Assembly: GCA_050250895.1 (NCBI GenBank)
Contig: JBFWNU010000001.1
Location: 1,806,884 to 1,870,883 of the forward strand
Direction: 5' to 3'
DNA length: 64,000 bases
DNA from: Vulcanimicrobiota bacterium
GTDB taxonomy: Bacteria; Vulcanimicrobiota; Xenobia; Xenobiales; JADMJV01
The notes beneath the pieces were generated by a model. That model was not told the origin of the DNA. It saw only the letters and a list, made by a program, of their open reading frames with translations, and searched no databases. A program made the position numbers and the translations under genes. Shown here one piece after another: positions 56,859-64,000 of this stretch (the first letter of the stretch is position 1; each line of letters opens with the position of its first letter).

Positions 56859-57905
56859 ATGAACGTTGCCAACCACGCCAAATCACTGGGATTTCCCATT
56901 CCCAAGGACTATACTGGCCCGCCCGACGGGCTGTCTCACCCTCATCACCGCGAGCTACTGCGGCCGGTGGCCCGAGGGCTGCTAAGCCTGGGCTTTCGCA
57001 TCCAGGTCGAAGGGCGCGAGAATCTGCCAGAGGACGGGCCCGTCATCTTTGCCGGCAACCACCCGTCCACGGTCGAACCGGCCCTGATGGACCTGGTCAC
57101 CCTGGGCGACACCCGCTATATGGCCGACTATCCAAACTTTAGCGGCTTCGGGGGCAAAGTGGTGACGGCCATGGGAGCCTATCCCGTGGACCGCCTCAAT
57201 CCTTCGCTCACGGCCGTCAAGCACAGTCTCGATCTGCTCAAAGACGGCGTCAATCTAGGCCTGTTTCCTGAAGGGCAAATGAGTGAAAACCCGCAGCAAG
57301 TGGGTCCTTTCAAGCCCGGAGTGGGCACGCTGGCCGTGCGTGGCAAGGCCGAGGCGGTGGTGCCCATGGCCTTTCACTACAAGCCCGACGACCAGCCTCG
57401 CTGGGGCGAGAAGCTGGCTGGCTGGGGCGCTGCCCTGGCCGTGGGTGCCGGGGCTGTCCTGGCTTCGAGTGCCGGGCCCGCTGCAGCCAGCCTGGCCGGG
57501 GTGGTGACGGGAGCCCTGACCGGCGCTTTCACAGCCGGGGCGGTAGCTCACCACTTTACCAGACCGGCGGATGCCCGGGTGCCTTACAACCAGTTGATGG
57601 CCACCGCCCTGGCGGGAACGGCCGGGGCCGTGGTGGGAGGCGTGTTGGGGGGGCTGGTGCCCAACCCCGTTTTCACCGCGACCGGGTCTCTATCCGTGCT
57701 GGGGATGACCCACGCCTGGCAGCAGCGGCCGGTGGCCGCGGTCAAGATCGGTCAGCCCCTCAAAGTCGAACCTTACACTCAGCAATACGGCCGAAAAGAC
57801 GCCCCGCTCGTGCTCACCGAGGACGTGCACCGGGCCGTCGGCCATCTCAAAGCCGAACTGGGCGGAGCCGCCTACGACGAGTCCGCCCCCAAGGTCCGTG
57901 ATTAG
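56859..57905 (+). CDS. Lysophospholipid acyltransferase (PlsC-like) with hydrophobic Gly/Ala-rich insertion
   Basis: NHPSTVEP, YPVDR, FPEG and FKPG; AGGAGA RBS. Confidence 0.85.
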   Translation: MNVANHAKSLGFPIPKDYTGPPDGLSHPHHRELLRPVARGLLSLGFRIQVEGRENLPEDGPVIFAGNHPSTVEPALMDLVTLGDTRYMADYPNFSGFGGKVVTAMGAYPVDRLNPSLTAVKHSLDLLKDGVNLGLFPEGQMSENPQQVGPFKPGVGTLAVRGKAEAVVPMAFHYKPDDQPRWGEKLAGWGAALAVGAGAVLASSAGPAAASLAGVVTGALTGAFTAGAVAHHFTRPADARVPYNQLMATALAGTAGAVVGGVLGGLVPNPVFTATGSLSVLGMTHAWQQRPVAAVKIGQPLKVEPYTQQYGRKDAPLVLTEDVHRAVGHLKAELGGAAYDESAPKVRD

Positions 57906-57914
57906 GAGTCACCA

Positions 57915-59210
57915 ATGCGAATAACCCATTCCGCCGCCAGAAAACCCCAGATCCCCTCGGTCTTCAAGCCCTACCTGGTCGACCCGCCGGCCCCGGTGCC
58001 TCAGCTGCAGCGTCCCGTGTTGATTGTCCCCGGGGGACGCAGCCAGCGAGTGGGGCTGCCGGCCCTGGTGAATTTTCTCACCGAGGGCAGCCCCAATCAG
58101 TATGCGGGGCACTACAACGTCGAGCAGAAAGACAAGTTCGAAGAGACCTATCGCGAGCACGGCGGCAACGTTTTCACCCTGCAATATACCCACAAGTTCG
58201 GGTCGGTCGAGCGTAACGCGGGCGAGATCAAGCAGGCTATCGAGGACATCCGCCGGGTAACCGGGGCCGATGAAATCGACGTGGTGGCCGAGTGTAAGGG
58301 CTCGGTGGAAGAGCGGCAGTACCTGCACGATGTCGAGGAGGGCCAGGACGGCATTCGCAATCTGGTGCAGTTGGTTCCGCCCAACCACGGTATCCCGGCG
58401 GTGGGCGACGTGACGAACCTTTGGGTTCGCTTGATCGAGGGACTGAAACTACCGGTCAAGAGTTTTCACGGGGTAGCGCTCGATTCGGAAGCGTCCGAAG
58501 CCTATAAGAGCTTTGGGGGTGACTGGAAGGTCGGGCCCCTCGAGGGCAATCCGCGCATTCGCCAGTTCAACTCGCCTGAGAGTGTGGCCAAAGAGAAGCG
58601 GGCGTACCATTCCTTGACGGTGGTCGGCGGCGACGGCCACAACCAGCTCAAGATGATGGGTATGCCGGGGCTGCCGCTACCCTGGCTCCAGGGCGACAAC
58701 GAGTTGCCCCGTTCGGCGGCCTATCTCGAACACGCTGACAACAACTTTTTCTACAACGGAGAGAACGGCGAGCACGCCAAGGTCCAGTTTCATCCCAAGG
58801 CCCTGGCCAAGATCGCCGAGACGCTGGTGACCGACGGCAATCCCAGCCGCGACGAGCACTACGTAGGCGAGCAGCCCAGCATGACCGACATTCGCATTCG
58901 AACCGGCCTCTACGGCGTCTCGCTGGCAGGACGGCTCGGGGCGGCTGGGTTCGCAGTGGCCGGGGCGCCCATGGGTTTGGCCGGCAACGCCCTGGCCATG
59001 GTTGGCCTGGGGTTGACGGCGGTCGATGCCGGTTGGCAAGTCAACCGCATCCTCAAGGGCGAAGAAGAGGTCGTCAAAGGCAGTATCGGCGTGTTGGCCA
59101 AGGCTGCCCAGGTGGCCGGAGTCGGGCTGGCTTTGACCGGCACGGGCTGGCCGGCGGCTGTCTTGATCGGCGGCGGCCTAGCCGCCAGCGCCTGGGCCTG
59201 GCATAACTAG
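57915..59210 (+). CDS. Lipase-like alpha/beta hydrolase with C-terminal hydrophobic helices
   Basis: PVLIVPG, IRRVTGADEIDVVAECKG and LVQLVPPNHG; AGGAG RBS. Confidence 0.75.
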   Translation: MRITHSAARKPQIPSVFKPYLVDPPAPVPQLQRPVLIVPGGRSQRVGLPALVNFLTEGSPNQYAGHYNVEQKDKFEETYREHGGNVFTLQYTHKFGSVERNAGEIKQAIEDIRRVTGADEIDVVAECKGSVEERQYLHDVEEGQDGIRNLVQLVPPNHGIPAVGDVTNLWVRLIEGLKLPVKSFHGVALDSEASEAYKSFGGDWKVGPLEGNPRIRQFNSPESVAKEKRAYHSLTVVGGDGHNQLKMMGMPGLPLPWLQGDNELPRSAAYLEHADNNFFYNGENGEHAKVQFHPKALAKIAETLVTDGNPSRDEHYVGEQPSMTDIRIRTGLYGVSLAGRLGAAGFAVAGAPMGLAGNALAMVGLGLTAVDAGWQVNRILKGEEEVVKGSIGVLAKAAQVAGVGLALTGTGWPAAVLIGGGLAASAWAWHN

Positions 59211-59846
59211 CAAGGCCAGCAGCAGCCCCTCCTGCAAGGCGATGGTGGCCTCGGTTTCGAGGATTCGATTAGACAGCGTGCGGCTGCTGGCTCGGGTCAA
59301 GGTTTCACCCTCCAGCGGAAAGGCAAAGCCCTTCAGGTCGACCCCGGTGCAGGTGTCAGAGAGGCAGAGCAAAGAAGCGATCCAGCCCTGGCGTTGGCTA
59401 ATCAGGTGGTTGGGCTCGACCAGAAAGGCCTCCTGGTCGTGGCTGGCCAGGATCGTTCGCATGCCGGCCTGGCGACAGTAGCAAAGACCGGCCACCAGGT
59501 TGAAGAGCAGGTGGTCGGTGCGCCCGCCCAGGGCTCCCAGCACCACCAGGTCGCGGGCCCCCCAGGCGTGAGCCAGCTGCATGGCCAGTTCCAGGTCGCT
59601 GGCGTCTTTGCCCACCGGCAGTCGCCGCACCGGGATACGGCTACGCTCGAGGGCTGCGACTTGCTCCAGGGTCAGGGAATCCAGGTCGCCCACCACCGCG
59701 TCGGGGGTCAATCCGAGGAACATGGCCACGGCGTAGCCGCCGTCGGCACAGATCAGACGGTCGGCGCGAGCGACCTGGTCCCGACAAAAATCGGGATCGG
59801 GGGGCTCGCCACCAGCCAGGATGGCCACGCGGAATCGAGTTTGCAA
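59178..59846 (-). CDS. thiN: Thiamine pyrophosphokinase
   Basis: ADGG, VGDLDS, KDASDLELA, GALGGRTDH and LSN. Confidence 0.92.
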   Translation of the reverse strand: MQTRFRVAILAGGEPPDPDFCRDQVARADRLICADGGYAVAMFLGLTPDAVVGDLDSLTLEQVAALERSRIPVRRLPVGKDASDLELAMQLAHAWGARDLVVLGALGGRTDHLLFNLVAGLCYCRQAGMRTILASHDQEAFLVEPNHLISQRQGWIASLLCLSDTCTGVDLKGFAFPLEGETLTRASSRTLSNRILETEATIALQEGLLLALLVMPGPGAGG

Positions 59847-59880
59847 AGGTTCGTCGGTTTCTGGCTCGAAGCTGCCCGCC

Positions 59881-60372
59881 GTGGATGACGAGCTGAAGCT
59901 TTTCGTCTATGGCTCTCTCAAGCCTGGAGAGTGCAATGACGAGGTGATTTCGGCCTGGGTGCTCGAGGCCCTGCCCGCCAGCATCGCGGGCCAGATGTAC
60001 CTGCGGCCCGACGGCTATCCGGCCCTCTGGCTTGAGGGCACGTTTGCGCTGGGGACGGCTGACTACGAGGCTGACCTGGCTCGTTGCCGTCAGCCGGTAG
60101 TGGGCGGCGGGGGCGGGGTCCAGGGCCAGTTGCTGCATCTGCGTGAAGGACGAACGATGCTGGAACGGCTCGACCAGTTCGAAGGTTACTATCCGGGCCA
60201 GCCGTCCGAATACGCGCGTTTGCTCGTGCCAGTGGCCACGCCCGCGGGCGTGTGCGCGGCCTGGACCTATGCCTGCCCCGAAGGAGGCCCCCGGCCCCGC
60301 TGGGTCGGCATCGATTGCTGGCCCCCGCCAGGCTCGGAAAAACCGGCTCCCTACCGCGTCCCTCCCAGGTGA
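59881..60372 (+). CDS. Gamma-glutamylcyclotransferase (AIG2-like) family protein
   Basis: LFVYGSLKPG, YPAL, LDQFEGY and AWTY. Confidence 0.88.
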   Translation: MDDELKLFVYGSLKPGECNDEVISAWVLEALPASIAGQMYLRPDGYPALWLEGTFALGTADYEADLARCRQPVVGGGGGVQGQLLHLREGRTMLERLDQFEGYYPGQPSEYARLLVPVATPAGVCAAWTYACPEGGPRPRWVGIDCWPPPGSEKPAPYRVPPR

Positions 60373-60400
60373 TGCCCGGCTCGGTTACGAAGGGGGCGCA

Positions 60401-60829
60401 ATGCGCGCACGATTCGTCCTCATTTTGGCTCTGTTGCTGACCTTGCCGGGCCTCGCCCAAGAACAGCTATCGGCTCGATTGACCGTTTATAACCCCGGAG
60501 ATGGTCCGGTGCGGCTCATCTTGAGGGTCGAGAACCTTACCGGTCAGACCGTCACGGTGCCCCAGTCCTCGGGTCAAACCCACGAGTTCGTGATCACTTG
60601 CAAGGGCGAAGTGGTGTGGACCTGGTCTCACCTGCGCTATTTTCTGCAAAGCACTGGCGCGGTGGTGTTTGCGCCGGGCGAGATCAAGGCCTTCGACGCC
60701 GAATGGGAAGGCTTGATGAACAACGGCAAGCCGGCCCCCAAGGGGCACTACCTGGTCGAAGGCTACCTGCTCAACAGCAGCGGTGAGCCGATCCGGGCCG
60801 AGGCGCGTCAGTTGGTGCTCACCCCCTAG
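60401..60829 (+). CDS. Secreted BsuPI-like (proteinase inhibitor domain) protein
   Basis: Signal peptide; SSGQTHEFVI..VVWTWS..FLQ..PGE..W..G.Y pattern. Confidence 0.75.
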   Translation: MRARFVLILALLLTLPGLAQEQLSARLTVYNPGDGPVRLILRVENLTGQTVTVPQSSGQTHEFVITCKGEVVWTWSHLRYFLQSTGAVVFAPGEIKAFDAEWEGLMNNGKPAPKGHYLVEGYLLNSSGEPIRAEARQLVLTP

Positions 60830-60909
60830 TCGGCCCAGCGGCGCGGCGCGAAGCGCCGAGGCCGGGCGGTTGATGCTGGCTTAACGCCGCGGCTTTAGAG
60901 TGGGGCGGT

Positions 60910-63018
60910 ATGCTGGTGAGACCACACCCTGGTTGTCAGACTCGATTGGCCATCGGACCCCGTTCGGCTCCGCCCAATGGCGAGCCGTGCGAGGTATTCG
61001 AGCCTGTCGATCTGACCGTTTCCAGTTTGCCCGAGCCAGCTCCCCAGCCCACGGGCTGGAAGCGCTCGGCTGCTTGCGTCGGCCTGGCTCTGCTCAGCGG
61101 AGTGTCGGCCCTGGCCGGCATCGGCTACTACGGCAACCGCGAGGCCCTGCGCGAGCCGATCTCGGTGTCTTTTACCCTCGATTCCGAGGTGGCCACCTTG
61201 GCCGCACCCGCGCCGGGCCCGGGGCAGCAGACTCGACCGCGCGGCAAGGTGGCCGTGTCGGTGCCGGCCCGGCAGACCACCGAATTCGCCCAGCAGTTGC
61301 GTCGCCAGCCCCACACCCGGGCTTTGTTGCGCCAGGCGCTCGAGCGGGTCAAAGCCTCGGTGGATGCCGAACTGCAGGGATTGTCGGTGCCACCCGATCG
61401 CACCTTGCTCGACCTGAAGGCGCCTCTGCCCACCTCGCCGCGAGCGTTCTTCCATCTGGGCGGCATCGACCTCCCCTCGCTTGGCTATGGGGCGCTCCAG
61501 GCCGAGTCGGTTCCGCTCACTCTCGATTATCAAGTGGCGCCCTTCACGCCGGCGCTGGAGGTCGACCTGCAGCTGCTGGATCAGGGGCCACCCCAGGCCG
61601 ATGTGGATGGGGTTTATCTGGGCTCGGTCAAAGTGGGGGTTCGCGTCAATCAGCCTTCGCACACCTTGACCGGACAGGCTCGCCTGGAACTTGACCTCGA
61701 GGGACGCGACTCGCAGGCGGCGGCCCAGGCACTGCGGGCTCAACCCGAGACTGAGCACAATCGGCGCCAGCTCGAAAAGCTGGGCCAGCGACTCGAGCGA
61801 GGCCGGCGGCTGGCGGATGGGCCGGCGGCAGGTTTGTTGCAGGATGCCTTTCACGACCAGCGGGTGGACTTTGCCGTCAGGCTCGACTCGGGTCAGGGCG
61901 AACTGGCTTCGTCGGTATATCACTTCTGGCTGGGTCCCGATACGTCCGGCGATGGCCGGGCGGATCTGGTCGTGCGCGAGCAGATGTCGGTCGAAGGGCT
62001 GGCTCGAATCCAACTGGAGCTAGACAAGCTCGAAGCGGTGGGTCAGGCTCCCGAGGGCTGGGTCGGCGGTCTTCTGCACGGTCAGGTCGAGGACGCCTTG
62101 CTGGCTGGCGTCCGCCAGTTGGTGCCGAGCGCCGCCGAACAGGTCAAGGGTCTGGCCGCCCAGGCGGTCGAGCGCGAGTTTCACCAGGCCAGTCAAGAGC
62201 TCGAAGACCGTCTCAATCCCGAGTTGGGCCAGCTCTACGGGCAGGGTCGCACTCTTCAGGTGCGAGTGGGCGATCAGACCATCAAGCTGCCGCTGGGAGC
62301 CATCCGCGCCGACCGTCAGGGGGTTGCGCTTGCCTTCGGCCGAGGAGCCAGTCAGGTTCGGGCCGGCCAGGGTGTCAGTCTGGCCGTGGGGGCCGAAGAG
62401 CTATCCCAGGCTTTGCGCGACAGTTCGCAGGGCGGCTCGGTCGACTGGCGTGGTCTGCTGGCCGAGGTGCGCGAGGCCAACGGGCTCAAGCGGCTGAACT
62501 TTGGCCAGCGCGACGGTCAGACGGTGTATCCTCGACTGGTCCATCGCCCGGGGGAGACCGTGCTCAAGTTCGATATCACCGCCGAATTCAAGCGGCTTTT
62601 GCCCATACCCGGTCTGCCGGTCCTCGACCCCGTGCTGGGCCTGGGCCGTTGGCTGCTGGGAGCCACCATCCACACCGGGGTCGAGATTCCCCTCGCTCTC
62701 GAGACCCAGGACGGGGTGTTGGGACTGCGCGCAGTCGACGACCAGGTGCGCTTTGTCCAGGCCGAGACGACGTTGCCTTTTAGTCCGATTCGCTTGTTGC
62801 CCACCCGCCTCGTGGGCGACGTCCTGGCCAACCTGCTGGTGCGAACCCAGGGTGGCACCGTCGGAGCCGGTCTGCGCGAAGCTCGACTACAGGTGGATTT
62901 GCGTGACTACGGCCTGCGTTTTGAAGAGGCTCGCTGGCATCCTTCGCAGGGGCTCGACCTCCAAGTGGGAGTCACTTCCGAGGCGGTTCGGCAGGTGGAC
63001 CGGCTGGTGGGTCAGTAA
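60910..63018 (+). CDS. Large hypothetical protein with N-terminal TM and beta-rich body
   Basis: 702-aa ORF with host-like codon usage; no family recognised. Confidence 0.65.
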   Translation: MLVRPHPGCQTRLAIGPRSAPPNGEPCEVFEPVDLTVSSLPEPAPQPTGWKRSAACVGLALLSGVSALAGIGYYGNREALREPISVSFTLDSEVATLAAPAPGPGQQTRPRGKVAVSVPARQTTEFAQQLRRQPHTRALLRQALERVKASVDAELQGLSVPPDRTLLDLKAPLPTSPRAFFHLGGIDLPSLGYGALQAESVPLTLDYQVAPFTPALEVDLQLLDQGPPQADVDGVYLGSVKVGVRVNQPSHTLTGQARLELDLEGRDSQAAAQALRAQPETEHNRRQLEKLGQRLERGRRLADGPAAGLLQDAFHDQRVDFAVRLDSGQGELASSVYHFWLGPDTSGDGRADLVVREQMSVEGLARIQLELDKLEAVGQAPEGWVGGLLHGQVEDALLAGVRQLVPSAAEQVKGLAAQAVEREFHQASQELEDRLNPELGQLYGQGRTLQVRVGDQTIKLPLGAIRADRQGVALAFGRGASQVRAGQGVSLAVGAEELSQALRDSSQGGSVDWRGLLAEVREANGLKRLNFGQRDGQTVYPRLVHRPGETVLKFDITAEFKRLLPIPGLPVLDPVLGLGRWLLGATIHTGVEIPLALETQDGVLGLRAVDDQVRFVQAETTLPFSPIRLLPTRLVGDVLANLLVRTQGGTVGAGLREARLQVDLRDYGLRFEEARWHPSQGLDLQVGVTSEAVRQVDRLVGQ

Positions 63019-63027
63019 CGCTCTTCC

Positions 63028-63753
63028 ATGGAAGTGGCCCAACCCTCGCGGCGCCTCGAGCCCGACCAGCTGTGGTCGCTGGTGGACCGTCACCATAACG
63101 CCTTTATCGCCGAGCGCCTGTCGGGGCCCCGAATCCTCGACCTGGGCTGCGGCTACGGCACTCTGGTCGAGTTTCTGAGTCGCCAGGGGCGCCAGGTGGT
63201 CGGCATCGACCTCGACGCTGAGAGTCTGGCCGTGGCCCGTCATCGGTATCCCGACCGTGAATTCGTCGAAGGCGACTTCGTAGGTCGCTATGACGAGCAG
63301 AGCTTTGACCATGTGGTGATGCGCGATGCCTGGCATCATCTCTATGAAGAATCCGAAAACCCGGCGGGCCTGCTGGAGGAAGTGGCCCGACTGCTGGCGC
63401 CCGGAGGCTCCCTGGTCATCTTCGACCCCAATCTCAACTGGATCTTGCGAACCGGTCGCAAACTCATTGGCCATCGTGACGCCGAATGCTCGCTCGAAGA
63501 CGCCGAGAGGTTTCTAGCCGACCACGGCTTTCGAGTGGTCGGGCGCAATTTCTACGAACTATTCGCCCTCGCCGTCAGCGGTGGCTATGTGGGCCCGCGG
63601 CTGGCCCCTCCCTGGCCGCTGCTCAATCGCCTGCTCGCCTGGCTCAACGATCGGCTTAGTCGCGGGCTTGACGGCACTCCGCTGGCGCCGGTTTTGCTGT
63701 GGCGTTACTGCCTGGTAGCCTTGCCAGGAGGTCCCTCCAGGGTCTCGAACTGA
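63028..63753 (+). CDS. Class I SAM-dependent methyltransferase
   Basis: ILDLGCGYG, VGID, FDHV and LLAPGG. Confidence 0.9.
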   Translation: MEVAQPSRRLEPDQLWSLVDRHHNAFIAERLSGPRILDLGCGYGTLVEFLSRQGRQVVGIDLDAESLAVARHRYPDREFVEGDFVGRYDEQSFDHVVMRDAWHHLYEESENPAGLLEEVARLLAPGGSLVIFDPNLNWILRTGRKLIGHRDAECSLEDAERFLADHGFRVVGRNFYELFALAVSGGYVGPRLAPPWPLLNRLLAWLNDRLSRGLDGTPLAPVLLWRYCLVALPGGPSRVSN

Positions 63754-63776
63754 CCGAAACCAGGAGGAGCAGCCCA

Positions 63777-64000
63777 ATCAAGATTCTCATCACCGGGGTG
63801 GCCGGTTTTATCGGTTCCAATCTAGCCGCCACCTTGCTCGCCAGGGGCCACGAGGTGGTGGGCATCGACAATCTCAGTCAGGGCTGTCTTCGCAACCTGG
63901 AGGCCTTTCGTGACTCGCCGGACTTCGAGTTTCTCCACGGCGACCTCAACAATCCGCTCATTCTTAATGGCCCCAGGGTCGACGTGGTGGTCCATCTCGC
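63777..64000 (+). CDS. NAD-dependent epimerase/dehydratase, 5' part (runs off the window)
   Basis: KILITGVAGFIGSNLA..GHEVVGIDNLSQG..DVVVHL; AGGAGG RBS precedes an ATC codon. Confidence 0.85.
   Translation, partial: MKILITGVAGFIGSNLAATLLARGHEVVGIDNLSQGCLRNLEAFRDSPDFEFLHGDLNNPLILNGPRVDVVVHL

Noticed and set aside
60831-60870. CGGCGC-GAA-GCGCCG hairpin as a fifth copy of the repeat element
   Set aside because: A single GAA-loop hairpin without the GCTCC linker; suggestive but too short to support.

Overview
A high-GC bacterial chromosomal window, densely coding, with no rRNA, CRISPR array, integrase or transposase visible. Gene order is Terrabacteria-like (rplU-prp, ftsA-nrdR, recJ-apt-rel-dtd). 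Some ORFs resemble families I associate with Candidatus Eremiobacterota/Vulcanimicrobiota, but that assignment is inference only. Housekeeping content: H-NOX, paoABC-like molybdoenzyme, guaB-ppa-purA, tRNA-Ile and tRNA-Ala, lspA, rplU, ftsA, nrdR, punA, pdp, accB, dacB, truD, gltX, recJ, apt, rel, dtd, rpsR and thiN. The most interesting signals are: (1) two dispersed paralogous genes encoding a PqqD/RRE domain, an internal twin-arginine leader and an unrelated Cys-rich core, a candidate RiPP-like precursor family; (2) four copies of a modular intergenic element made of GNA-triloop hairpins, some with tandem G-A mismatches, joined by GCTCCCT linkers, which looks selected to fold as ssDNA (REP/REPIN-like); (3) two apparently catalytically dead aminoacyl-tRNA synthetase paralogs, a HisRS with a long Arg-Asp tail and a shrunken GluRS; (4) an acyltransferase paired with a lipase-fold protein that has Cys at the nucleophile position; and (5) several orphaned genes (FliF-like, BrxC-like ATPase, tRNA-Ile/Ala outside an rrn operon, prp without rpmA, ftsA without ftsZ). 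All calls come from motif recognition by eye; no database search was run.
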